A stretch of 64,000 bases of DNA from Corallochytrium limacisporum Hawaii (GCA_002811645.1 PDIP01000003.1:1-64000); one strand, 5' to 3'; positions 1 to 10,628 are shown, numbered from the stretch's first letter. Numbers and translations are program-made. The notes: a model not told the origin generated them from the letters alone.

Positions 1-13
1 AACCCTAACCCTA
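1..13 (+). repeat. Telomere-type (CCCTAA)n remnant at window start
   Basis: AACCCTAACCCTA at base 1, C-strand orientation expected at a left chromosome end; only about 2 units visible. Confidence 0.55.
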
Positions 14-349
14 CCTGACGATTAAATGGAACAGAAGACGTCATGTTTTCGAGAATGACGCCAAGCAATGTGTAGGTACGTGTATTGATGTTCAAACCAT
101 GTTGGAATTCGATATAAATTATGTTCAGGTAAAAAATGTGTGACCTTTCCCAAGCGCCAAGAAACCCATCCTTTAGTAACCTGAGAAAAAGGCCAAACGA
201 AAGGTTGACCAGTTAACAAACATGTTAAGCAAGGAATGTTGTGCCATCACAATGTTTCGCGACACCCTTCCCCTCAACGGAAACCCTTCGCCGAACGAGA
301 CTCTTGTCAGACGTAGTAATCTCACGCCAAGTTGCTTGTGACAGGGTGA

Positions 350-390
350 CCCTAACCCTTAATCCTAGGTAATCCTAATCGTAATCCTAA
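350..390 (+). repeat. Degenerate subtelomeric telomere-like repeats
   Basis: CCCTAACCCTTAATCCTAGGTAATCCTAATCGTAATCCTAA: CCCTAA/TCCTAA variants in the same orientation as base 1. Confidence 0.5.
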
Positions 391-453
391 GTAACTGCTT
401 TGTATTTGGTTCGTCCTTATCGTAGTATGGGCGCTGCGCCACTTCAACGAGCC

Positions 454-1515
454 CTAACTTTGTCTTGGTGGCATATCGGGCAAGAGGCCCTTGACCCAAG
501 GGGACGGTGGTGTTCCTGGCCACATTAGTACGGCTGACTTCATGGACTCTAACGCATAACCACGTTTGGCATACTCACTAATGTGAGCTAGATCTGACCG
601 TTCTTCCCAAAGCCATCCGTATCCTAAGTACTGGAGACGGAAAATTGAGACGATCCAGAAAACATCCGCAAGAGTGAAATCTTCGCCAAATATCCAAGGC
701 CCCTGGTTCCCCACTAGCAACTTTCCCAACGCTTCAACCAGCTGTTGAGCTTTATCTACAGCGTTTTGCATTTTCTCCTTGGTTGCAGTAAACATGTGAC
801 AGCTCTTTTGCTTCTCTAGCTTCGCGGAATATGCTGCATCCAAACGAGAACTTTGACCTTTCACCGCCTGCCACGCCGTTTCTACGGCTTCGGCTTTCTT
901 GTCATGTACACCAATCATCGCCGTCTTGAAAAGATCTGGTCTACGGTCACCATGTTTGCTGTCCGGGTTGGCTCCATAGAGCATAGCAACATGGGGGAAG
1001 CCATCGACAATATCCAGTTGCTCCATAATCTTATCCCTAAGTCTGTCCGGCATGAGATCTTGTCCCCCACTAATATTGTCGCAGATGTAAAGACATATTA
1101 AACGTGAATCGGCGACGACTGCGGCTTTCTCGTTGTCGACAAGAGTGGGAACAACCAACGCATCAAATCCATCCTCGGCCACCGCGCTTCCGCCCGTAAA
1201 CCCGACGGCCATAAGATCTGAGTTTTGGGCAATAGATGATTCGAGACGCAGTTTTACGTATTCAGGCTTGAAGTTTTCCTGAGCTGGGTACTTGATATCG
1301 ACCTCATGACTAATATAGTCTACTCCCTTAGCGGCAAGAGTCATACGGACTTTGTTCGAACAAATCGAGAAAGCAGAACTGTACAGCTCCATCCGAGGTC
1401 GATCATTGTCTGTGGCTGGCTGGGTTGGAGTTGGGTGTTGGGCAGATATGTACGTGCGCCTTTCATTGGGCACAACTGTGCTGCGTGCTGCTTGAATAAC
1501 GTCTGCGGAAGCCAT
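454..1515 (-). CDS. Glutathione S-transferase, PcpC/TCHQ-dehalogenase/GDAP1-like, 353 aa
   Basis: GST-N motifs LYSSAFSICSNKVRMTL, ENFKPEYVKL, VVPTLVD, ADSRLICLY; GST-C motif PWIFGEDFTLADV. Confidence 0.88.
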   Translation of the reverse strand: MASADVIQAARSTVVPNERRTYISAQHPTPTQPATDNDRPRMELYSSAFSICSNKVRMTLAAKGVDYISHEVDIKYPAQENFKPEYVKLRLESSIAQNSDLMAVGFTGGSAVAEDGFDALVVPTLVDNEKAAVVADSRLICLYICDNISGGQDLMPDRLRDKIMEQLDIVDGFPHVAMLYGANPDSKHGDRRPDLFKTAMIGVHDKKAEAVETAWQAVKGQSSRLDAAYSAKLEKQKSCHMFTATKEKMQNAVDKAQQLVEALGKLLVGNQGPWIFGEDFTLADVFWIVSIFRLQYLGYGWLWEERSDLAHISEYAKRGYALESMKSAVLMWPGTPPSPWVKGLLPDMPPRQS

Positions 1516-2304
1516 GATCTGAAGTCTGTGAAGTGACCTAATTGTAACACTAGAAATTTACGCCAGCTGGCCCGGTCAAAGGGCGTCTATGTGACTTACA
1601 ATGGAACATTGAATACCACAGTGGCTAGACGCCGAACATCCTCCTGCAACACACAAAGTGGCCAAACCAACGTACACTGTGACCTGTCCCGAATGTTACC
1701 GGAAATCGCTAAATTGTACACTGCGGGCTCAACATATCTCTTTGTTTTCGCGTACCTCCTCTGACTTTAGGAAGCGGTTGACTCCGGCGGGTCGGCAGTC
1801 CAAGGCGAGGGCCGGAATCATGAATTTGTGGGCTGTGAGCGCGGAGGGGTCACTGCAGTGCGGGCCGCCACTGTTGCGCAGTGCAGGGAGGGAATGGCAT
1901 TCAACTTAGTTCCCAATAGAGGAATCCGACCGATGACGGACATGCTGTGCGCAGCGAAGTCCATCTGAATCCTTGCGCCCATGCACAGACCTCATCATGG
2001 ACCTAAACATCTGAACCAATGCTTCTCGTTGGCTCGGTGCCTTCTGATCTGCGGAGTTGGACGTATGGATCCGAAGCAATGGCCGAACAAAATTCTTCCA
2101 CTTACCAGCCCGCTTTATATGTGAGTTGTATGGGGTACCAATCGTGTGTTGGGTATGGTTTATTTCTTTATCCATAACTACTTCACTGTGTAGTGTGTTG
2201 ATGAGGTCAATGAGGAAATTGTTGCTGATGATGATGGTGATAAAAATGAAAACACTTGGGCGCTGACGCTGGTTTGGTCCTGAGGTACTAGGCGCGGTTG
2301 TGCA

Positions 2305-3048
2305 TCAGTGGAAATATTCGTCGAGAGGGATGTCAACCATTCCGCCAAAGTAGTCAATGATCGCAATGCGCTCTATGTCCATAGTCATGACGTGCCATTC
2401 ATGACCAGTTGGCCATTCAGCCATCGGGGGATGGGCTTTGAACAAGGCATTGCGAGCAGCTTCAGTCTCCTCTTCCTTAGTCTCTCGGAAGTATCCGACC
2501 AGCCACAGACGCCCGCAGCGAGGATCCTCAACGTCCAAGTCGAGCCGGGAGCACACCCCTCCAAGCATCATTTCTTCCGACAGTGTTACAGTTCCACGTG
2601 GTCCAGCAGCCTGCAGGTTTACAAAGGTGGTCGACATCCCGGAAATGTAGAAGAAAGGCTGACCGTCTACATTGGCAAGGGCCTCAACAGTTCCGAAAGC
2701 AAGAGGTTCTGTTGCAGTTTCTGTTGGAGCTTGAGTTAACGATATGATACCAAATGTTCCATGGTCAATCATCCATCTGGCACGCCGAGTGTGCTCCTCC
2801 CATTTTGGTCTTGCATCGAGATCCTCATTGTGTACTATCTTGCTGTCAACACTGCCGCACTGCTGAGTGGTCCTGGCCAAACCAAAACTGCCAATCACTG
2901 TTGTAAGGATAGTCATGCACAAAATTGACGCAAGTATTACTGTCTGACGACCGATTAGTCGACGAATTCGCATATAGTGGTAGGCTTCCTGGCTCCCTTT
3001 GGCCGGGAGGAGACGGTCTGCATCCTCCATCTCGAAGTCTCGCTGCAT
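2305..3048 (-). CDS. CREG-like split-barrel (pyridoxamine 5'-phosphate oxidase-like) protein with N-terminal TM/signal anchor, about 247 aa
   Basis: ARWMIDHGTFGIIS, GQPFFYISGMS, DVEDPRCGRLWLVG, ALFKAHPPMAEWPTGHEW, IDYFGG...EYF. First ATG at 3048 (track start 3087 is TTG). Confidence 0.88.
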   Translation of the reverse strand: MQRDFEMEDADRLLPAKGSQEAYHYMRIRRLIGRQTVILASILCMTILTTVIGSFGLARTTQQCGSVDSKIVHNEDLDARPKWEEHTRRARWMIDHGTFGIISLTQAPTETATEPLAFGTVEALANVDGQPFFYISGMSTTFVNLQAAGPRGTVTLSEEMMLGGVCSRLDLDVEDPRCGRLWLVGYFRETKEEETEAARNALFKAHPPMAEWPTGHEWHVMTMDIERIAIIDYFGGMVDIPLDEYFH

Positions 3049-4458
3049 CTTGTTCCGCAGTCCCTTACAGCCCTCTGTTGTCGCCAACTAACAGAAAGTT
3101 CTTGGAATGGCAAAGCATTCGAAAATTTCGTAAATGACTGAAGTAGGTTAGCGAACGTGACCGACGCCAGGTCCAATCTTAGGAGATCATGGCTGTTGGG
3201 TTTGGAACTGTGTATGGGCTTTCCCCACCGCCAAAGGCCCCGGATTGGTGGTTTTCGCCTCTCTTTTGGGGAAGCTGGCTTTTGGGTTTGGCCTTCCCGT
3301 ACGAGTGGGTTACAGGTGTGTCCGTGCACCGCCTCACACCATGAGGTGGTGCGGTGAATTTACAAGATCGCGATTGGAAAGTGAACACGGGACAGTGCCC
3401 CGGGAAACACAGAGATCCGGAACCGTTGCAGAATGGAGACCAGCAAGTGATGCGTTAGGATTGATGGTATGCCGAAACGTTGAAACTGGACTTGCAACAA
3501 GCGTATGCTCTGGAACTCCAGATGGCACTACATCAGTAGGTTGTTTGTACGGAAGCAGTTGCGCACTCGTTTAGATGGGGCGAGGGGCATGGTGATGAGG
3601 GCACAAAAACTAGGGTTCCCGGACGTGTGGGACAATGAAGCATAGCCAAAGAGGATCACATGCATCATAACCGATTTACAAGTGGAAGTGTGAATGCACC
3701 GTGCATTACAGAATGCCTGGAAATACATGAGGACTGTTATTATTCATAGGGTAGAGATTATACGTCCACTATCACTCCGCTACCATATCCATCATCAGCA
3801 AAAACATGGCGGCGCGTCTAATGCACGCAGGTCAAAACTTGGAGCTGGAGATTGTATACAAATACAGGCCAGTCGTCTGACCATGGAATCTTAGCCAAGC
3901 CTCATGCTACCCCGGCTAATAAGCTATCAGTGACGGGCCTATACACGGGGCTTCCATATGTGTACTTTGTCCCTGCATCTCCCTTTTTATTGTATACGAA
4001 ACGCACCCAGTTGGAATTGTTACGCTTTGCTGAGCTTTCTCGTCCATGGGAGGAAACCGACCCCGTACAGTGTGACCAGACTAAATTGGGTCATATGGAC
4101 ATTTTGTATGACTAAATTTTGTGGGGTGTGGACCGTCTCGCTATATTTCCCTCTCCCCCCCCGCGCGGGGGGCGGGAGGGAGGAGGTGGCGCATTGCGGA
4201 GAGGGGGGAAAAGTTCGGAGCTTGGCGAGTCGACGATAATTTGCAACACTCCGTCGGACAGACAAGCTCTGTTTCTCATTCGAGGATGAGGACCATGGGC
4301 ACCGCATGTGAGTGTTTTCGAAATCGTGGTCAAAAGGTATATATGGGTGTCTTTTATGGGAAGTATGGTGTCCCTGGACGCCCCGATCAGGACATGATGA
4401 TTTGCATGACTGTGTTCTGTTGAGAGTTATTCGGTTCCAAACAAGGTGAGTAGACACC

Positions 4459-6072
4459 ATGAGCATACCAATGATGGACCTTCCTAACGACAATTCCTCT
4501 CAGAGACATCTGAAAGAAGACACTGATAGCAACCACGACTATATTCACCATGGAGAAAAGAAGCTGAAGTCCCGTAAGCGGTACCTTATCGCTGTCGGAG
4601 TCCTAGCTGGCATTGTCATTATCGCGCTAACTGTAGCCCTCGCCGTGGTGGCTAGCGAGAACAGCAGCAGTGACTCATTGAGCGACGGAGACGAGACTGC
4701 TCAGGATGTATCTGGAGGTGCTGGTGCTGCTCACAACCGCCATTGCACAGACGAGAAGAGCGATGCGTTCTGTGTGGCAGCGGAATCTCTTGCCTTCACT
4801 CACTCCAACAGCGGACTGGTGACCGTCGTGGACCTCAAGACTGGCAATGCTGTGTTTTCTGAAGATCTTGGTGCTGACGACCTGCGACTGACACCTGCAT
4901 TTTATGACAACTCGATTGTGGCTGCGAGCGCCTCAACTGGTCTTGTCAAGATTATCCACATGCAGCTGCAGGACGACACTGAGAACAGTCAAGGCAATGA
5001 AGATTATATCCTGACCGGTGGTACTGAGAGTGATTTCTCGGTGTCCGGTAACTCTCCCTACACGGTGGTTCCTCTGCGTAAGTATCCGCTGGTTGGTGTC
5101 TTCTTTGACGGTAAGAATGTAGGCGCCCCAAACTCTGAAAATGCGGCTGCGGTGTTCATTCAGCGTGACTTTGAGGCGGACACTGACAGCATCATCTTTC
5201 GGGATGATTTTGAGACTGGCGTCCACGGTTATGCTTTGCCCATGCGTCCCAACAGCGATGGTAGCCAGTGGTTCATATACACTACTCCCGTGGAACCCGT
5301 CCCTGGATATCTGCCCAACGACTTGGTCATCAAGGATTCCAACGGCAACACAATCATGGACCTCGACGACGAAAATGATCCAACCAAGCACTGCTCTACT
5401 ATCCATGGCTATGGCTTTGATCACAGCCGTTACTTCTTTGGATGTGACGCTGAGCACGGTGGTTTCCTAATGGTCACCCACAATACATCCGACGCGACCG
5501 TAACCAGCCAGGTTATCGAATATCATGACGATGGCAGGGTGGCAGACTTTGTGACTGGTAACCATTTGAACTTCTTTGTGGCCCGCCATTTTGCCACCAC
5601 GAATGCTGATGACGACGGCGGTTTCCACGGTGGATCGGATGCTGGACAGACCGAACAGCTCCTCCGGGTGCCCTTGTCGCCTACCGACGACACTGCTTTC
5701 AATCGTGCTGATGCCTTCACTGTCAGCCATGGCGCGGATGGCACCTCTTGCTACACCGCGTTTGACAAGGCATACGGCGTCCCGTTCTTGGTGTTGCAAA
5801 CTCCACGAGGTGAACTGCAGGTCCTCGACGCCAGCAATTGGTCCATGAAGTGGTCTACCTTCCTCGTTGAAAACGGCAGTGCTACCGGTTGTGCCGAACA
5901 GCCGTCTGTTCTCGCTGGACACAATGTCATTTACGTCGTCGATGCGGCCAACGCCAAGGTGACCATGCTCGACTTTGCCACAGGGGAGGAGCTCCGTACA
6001 GTTACGCTGAATTTTAACGGCAGTAGTACCATCGAAGAACCCATCTACCTGCACGCCCGCTTCCGAGGCTGA
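4459..6072 (+). CDS. Type II membrane beta-propeller protein resembling the bacterial zinc metallochaperone AztD, 537 aa
   Basis: Basic patch then TM (YLIAVGVLAGIVIIALTVALAVVA); AztD-like motifs VGVFFDG, VHGYALP, CSTIHGYG, FFGCD; acidic, His-rich. Confidence 0.65.
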   Translation: MSIPMMDLPNDNSSQRHLKEDTDSNHDYIHHGEKKLKSRKRYLIAVGVLAGIVIIALTVALAVVASENSSSDSLSDGDETAQDVSGGAGAAHNRHCTDEKSDAFCVAAESLAFTHSNSGLVTVVDLKTGNAVFSEDLGADDLRLTPAFYDNSIVAASASTGLVKIIHMQLQDDTENSQGNEDYILTGGTESDFSVSGNSPYTVVPLRKYPLVGVFFDGKNVGAPNSENAAAVFIQRDFEADTDSIIFRDDFETGVHGYALPMRPNSDGSQWFIYTTPVEPVPGYLPNDLVIKDSNGNTIMDLDDENDPTKHCSTIHGYGFDHSRYFFGCDAEHGGFLMVTHNTSDATVTSQVIEYHDDGRVADFVTGNHLNFFVARHFATTNADDDGGFHGGSDAGQTEQLLRVPLSPTDDTAFNRADAFTVSHGADGTSCYTAFDKAYGVPFLVLQTPRGELQVLDASNWSMKWSTFLVENGSATGCAEQPSVLAGHNVIYVVDAANAKVTMLDFATGEELRTVTLNFNGSSTIEEPIYLHARFRG

Positions 6073-6882
6073 CGGCTTTGTGATTTTCCCCCCACCACCA
6101 CCGCACTTGCCAACCCAGCCACCGCCATTCATTCATTCCCAAAATTGGATACGTCCCTACAGTATTCAAGACTGCATGTACACGTTGACTCTGTCATCTT
6201 TCTTGCGGGATTCGTATCCTACGGCTATCCTCGTGTAAAGACGGAACTGAGCATGGGCATGAGGAACCCATCCCCGTCTCACTCGGTAGCATTTCCAACC
6301 CCCAACCCTGTTCGTCCCACAGGCGCATGCAAACCTGTGGTATCCATCATTCCAGTTCTCTAGTGCGTGACCACAGCGTTGTCACCACACTCATTTTTCA
6401 CCATTCATCTGAGCATCCGCATCATAATCAGTTTTCCATGCATGTACTTCGAGAAAGTCCTCATCGGTAAAGAAATATATATATAGCCAAATAGATCAAA
6501 AGACTCCAAGTCCTCCCACCCCGTCACACACTCAGCCTTTTTTTCCTGAGCAAGCTCAACGTCCTGACGCATATCCAGGACCCGACGCCAACGCGCACTG
6601 TGCCCGAGAATATTTCACCAGTGGCAAACTAAAAATTCTTAGGCGTTTTGGCACGAAATGGTCAACGTCAGTAACGCTCTCAATCCTCCTCGTCATTCCA
6701 TGGAAAAGAACGAGGCCAAATGGTTACCGGAGAAAGCGCAATTGGAGTCCGGAGGAAGAAGGGTACGACAAGGACCACTCCGTCACTCTCGCGCGTTCTA
6801 AAACACTCCCGGGTCTCCCCACTCCACACCCTCCTCTCGCAGTGCTTTGCCGCCCTGGTCCGGGTACGGCGAAGAGTTTCCG

Positions 6883-6903
6883 CCCCCCCCCCGGGGGGGG
6901 GGG
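6883..6903. repeat. Poly-C/poly-G palindrome C10G11, representative of about 12 intergenic copies
   Basis: Also at 20847, 28959, 33284, 33531, 33621, 34683, 35018, 44857, 53082, 53158; variant C8-GCGC-G6 at 4155. Confidence 0.9.
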
Positions 6904-7283
6904 CAAAATTTGCATCACACACACTCCCTCCTTGCACACCTCCCGACCGACAAAAGGAGAATGAAAACACCGCCTAATTTTCTGCGCAGGGCGGGTATAC
7001 GACACTCCCGGCCGTTCATACACCCATCCCCCCCCCCCTTCTCCTTGGCCGGGGAAGAGTGTGGGACACCGGCCGCCAAGCTCCTGCCCGTCGTGTCTCT
7101 GCGAGTCACTGAACGGAGAGCAATGCCAGCACCTGCGACGGTTTACTCAGTAAGGTATTCCAATGATAGAAAGCCCATGACATGGAATCAGGAAGAAATG
7201 ATGTAATGTCTATGTCTCTGGCTTTTGTTTGTGGTTGAGAACGACAATGTAACATTGTATGCGACAAGGATCCCAGAAAAATC

Positions 7284-8099
7284 ATGGTCAGCGCAACTTT
7301 GACATACCTTTCGCCGGACACAAAGCGTGGAGAGAAGCTGGTCTTTGTCCCTTCCACAGCCGGCAATTCCAACTCCAAGTGGCCCGGCGAGAACGTAGAC
7401 AAAGTTGTGGATGTAGTTAACGCGAGGGAATGTGATCCCCAGCCGCATCCGGAGAAAGAAGGCTTTGGACTGATTAGCTTCCCGGACACCAAGGATCTCG
7501 ATCTGTATAACGATAACGTTGTCAATGATCAATACTACCCAATGGTCATTGAGGCTCTGAAGCAGACCCTTGGTGCCGAGGAGGCCTATGTCTTCGACCA
7601 TACACGGAGGGCCTCTCGAAATGATCTGATACAGCAGAAGGTTACCCGAGAGCCGTCGTCCATAATCCACGGCGACTATACCACTTGGAGTGCTCAAAAG
7701 CGGCTCAGAAGTGTGCTCGGGGAAGAAAAGGCGGAGGCTCTGCTGAAAAAGTACAGTAGGTTTGCCATTTACAACCTCTGGCGGTCTTCGAATAATCACA
7801 CCATTGAGAACTATCCGATGACGTTCTGTGATCGGAACAAAGTGGACGACTCTGATTTGGTCACCATTGAGCGCCATGATCCTCAACGCATTGGACAGGT
7901 GCAGGCAATTGTGCCGTCCTCGACTCATCGCTGGTATTACTACCCCCTGCAACGGACCAAGGAAGCGCTTATCTTCTGCACGTACGACAGTGTGGGAGAG
8001 AACCGAGGGGTTGTGCACACTTCATTCAACGATCCTACTGCCCCTGCGGACGCGGCTCCGCGGGAGAGCATTGAAGTGCGAACGTTGCTGTTTTGGTGA
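7284..8099 (+). CDS. CmcJ/NvfI (AsaB-like) Fe(II)/2-oxoglutarate-dependent oxidoreductase, 271 aa
   Basis: VFDHTRR, IHGDYT (HxD), YNLWR, PMTFCD, HRWYYYP, YDS, HTSF, RESIEVR. Confidence 0.9.
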   Translation: MVSATLTYLSPDTKRGEKLVFVPSTAGNSNSKWPGENVDKVVDVVNARECDPQPHPEKEGFGLISFPDTKDLDLYNDNVVNDQYYPMVIEALKQTLGAEEAYVFDHTRRASRNDLIQQKVTREPSSIIHGDYTTWSAQKRLRSVLGEEKAEALLKKYSRFAIYNLWRSSNNHTIENYPMTFCDRNKVDDSDLVTIERHDPQRIGQVQAIVPSSTHRWYYYPLQRTKEALIFCTYDSVGENRGVVHTSFNDPTAPADAAPRESIEVRTLLFW

Positions 8100-8307
8100 T
8101 TGACACCGTTGGCAGAGGCAGCAATGGGCAGGTGTGGATGAAGTGGGTGCTGGGTTTGTTGATATGGAAATGATTGCTATGTCAAGATTATGTATTATTA
8201 GTTTAGAAGAACGATTTTGAATATGTAAAACGATTGTGTTGTTCTTGATATGGATACGGGTTAGGGTCTCAAGAGAAATGACCGTGATAGAAGGTTGACG
8301 TTGACGT

Positions 8308-10005
8308 TCATGACGCCAAGCTCGCATACAGTCTCTTTAGTGCCATGGTAAGGCGGCAATTTCGCTTCACCGGCGTTACTACTTGACCACCATTGATCGG
8401 TGTGGTTGGCCCAAAGGTGCCTTCATGTAGGCCCACGGGACGCATTTCAACAATTTTGCCAGATGGCGATGGCGATGACGGCGACGACGATGATGACGAT
8501 GACGGACCTCTCCTCCTACGCAGGTTGTCCTCTAGGCCTTCCACCATAGCGCTCACGTGGGCAAAGGAACCGACCAGCAGCTGTGTCATGGACTGGTTGA
8601 GCGTAGCCACATTGCTCAGCACGGTAGAAAGGAAGAGCATGAGATTAGTCAAGAAGAACAGGAGAGACTGGTCCCTCTGCTGGGGAGTATTGAATACTGC
8701 GGATTCAAAGGCAGTCGACTCGGGTTCGTTCTCAAGAATAACCTGCATGCCGCTTCTGTTCGTGTCACCTGAGACAGGCAGTGTGGGCTGCGCCAGGACG
8801 TCCATGAGAGTCTGCAGAGTGGTATCTGAAATGTCCACGTTCACGGTTGGAGGTTGGGAGGTGGAAGGTTCGTCAATGGCGGTATTGTCATTCGACAGAT
8901 TGCTATCGTTCTGGCGGAACACGACTGAGGGCGTGTCCATCCTCTGTACGTTGATGTTAAATTGCGTTGTGGGAGGCAAGAGTTGATTGTGCATCACACT
9001 AGGCACATAAATGTCACCAATAGGGGCAGTTGTGTTGGTGGCCGTAGTCATTGCTGTGGCGTTGCTGATCTCGGAGCCATCAGATGACACACTCACGGCA
9101 CTTGGACTGGCGGCACTCAGGAGACCGGTAACGCCGCTGCTGCGACTCTCACTGATCGAGCCTGTCTGGAAGATGACAGTATCCACAAGTTCATCGTAGT
9201 CACCCTCAACAAGGGCGGGGAAGTCATTCTCCACGTCACCGTTGGCAGCGGGCTGGGGTGCAATGAACGTCGTCGAACTATCGACATCAGAAATGAGAGA
9301 GAGGATGCTCTCCTGTTCATTAGGGTTGGTGTCGTTGTCATTGTTTTCATGACCATTGCTCTCGCCGTCATTGCCAAAGCTGGACTCTGTTGGTTCGCCG
9401 CCTTCAGAGGCTTGAGCGACAGCTGGCTGTTGAGCAGTCTGTATGTGGGCAGCAGTAGGAGCGGCTCCGCGGCCAACAGCGGTTCCACGCACGCCACTGC
9501 TAGCCATTAGACGTTCACTGAGCGTGGCGTTCAGGTCAGACTCGGCGTCAATATTCTCAGCTGAGACCTGCAGACGTTCCACAAAGGCTTTGAACTCCTT
9601 CTCGGTCTCTGGATCGGTTCTCTGGTCAAAGCTCGTTGGCACGCGGCTCACAGGAGCGCCACGTCTGTTCAGGAGCATGATACGACGAATCTTGCGCATA
9701 ATCTGTTCATTCTGTTCGCCACAGTTGGCAATTCGTGCTTTGAGGGCCTTGTTTTCACGCTCCATGTCCTTGACTTCCTTCTCCATAGCCTCGCGGCGCA
9801 GGCGTTCCTTGTCACGGACCTTCTGGGCGGCAATTCTGTTTCGCTGCCTTCGCAGCGCGAGAAGTTCTGCTTCAGTCATGTCTTCCCGGGCTTTCCCGGC
9901 GGTCGCGCTAGTACTCGACCGGCGACTGCCTTGACTCCCCGACTCGTCCACCGAAGAGGTGGTTGTGGTCCGCTTACGCTTCCGCGTGTGCACAGTGGCC
10001 ACCAT
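8308..10005 (-). CDS. XBP1: bZIP transcription factor of the XBP1/HAC1/bZIP60 type; unspliced 565 aa, predicted spliced form 446 aa
   Basis: Basic region RRQRNRIAAQKVRDKER plus heptad zipper; ESAVFNTPQQ overlying an IRE1 twin hairpin; hydrophobic segment follows in the unspliced frame. Confidence 0.85.
   Translation of the reverse strand: MVATVHTRKRKRTTTTSSVDESGSQGSRRSSTSATAGKAREDMTEAELLALRRQRNRIAAQKVRDKERLRREAMEKEVKDMERENKALKARIANCGEQNEQIMRKIRRIMLLNRRGAPVSRVPTSFDQRTDPETEKEFKAFVERLQVSAENIDAESDLNATLSERLMASSGVRGTAVGRGAAPTAAHIQTAQQPAVAQASEGGEPTESSFGNDGESNGHENNDNDTNPNEQESILSLISDVDSSTTFIAPQPAANGDVENDFPALVEGDYDELVDTVIFQTGSISESRSSGVTGLLSAASPSAVSVSSDGSEISNATAMTTATNTTAPIGDIYVPSVMHNQLLPPTTQFNINVQRMDTPSVVFRQNDSNLSNDNTAIDEPSTSQPPTVNVDISDTTLQTLMDVLAQPTLPVSGDTNRSGMQVILENEPESTAFESAVFNTPQQRDQSLLFFLTNLMLFLSTVLSNVATLNQSMTQLLVGSFAHVSAMVEGLEDNLRRRRGPSSSSSSSPSSPSPSGKIVEMRPVGLHEGTFGPTTPINGGQVVTPVKRNCRLTMALKRLYASLAS
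8680..8699 (-). other. Predicted 20-nt IRE1-excised unconventional intron
   Basis: mRNA UUGAAU-CCG^CAGU-AUUCAA and UCCC-CAG^CAGA-GGGA: two 7-nt CNGCAGN loops on stems, cut sites 20 nt apart. Confidence 0.85.
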
Positions 10006-10574
10006 TCTATCTTGAGGTATTGTACGACTAACTCGCTGGTCAAAAAATAGCTTCTGGTATATTCTTCCTCAGCACATTCCGATATCACACACTTTCACTT
10101 TGGTCTCTGTTAGTTTAATAGGTCTCACTGATTGTCTTCTAAGCATGTGCATCATTCCAATTGGCCAATGTGATGGCTAGAAAGCTCAAGTACCTTTATA
10201 AACACCTGGCACAGTGGAAACCAATCATGATGTCACACTTCCGTGAACAACATTCCTCGTTTACTCATTCTAAACCTGCAGCCAGAAAGACATGATTCTT
10301 CGGAGGACATCACAACGCATTCCTTCTAATGTCGTTAGGAATCTTAAAACTCTTACAAAAGCAAAGGGGAAGGACAGTAGAAAGCACAAGTGAAGAACGT
10401 CTCCTAGAGCACTGTACTGGCTGGCTCTCTCCACCTTTTGGTCCTCCCCGCCGGCCTTTCCCCCCCCTCTCTTTTGCATCGGGCGGGGGGGCGCTTTTCC
10501 CAATTTCCTCTCGTGTCCTTCTTTACTCCCCTATACCGAAGGAACCAAGAAAATCTCTCTCTGAGAACACACAA

Positions 10575-10577
<3 letters not shown>

Positions 10578-10628
<51 letters not shown>
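10578..10628. repeat. (CT)n/(GA)n microsatellite; similar intergenic tracts at about 11969, 13183, 33455, 38422, 41616, 50499, 50862
   Basis: Dinucleotide runs read directly from the sequence. Confidence 0.95.

Noticed and set aside
10157-10240. CCAAT boxes upstream of the bZIP gene as an ERSE autoregulatory element
   Set aside because: None fits CCAAT-N9-CCACG.
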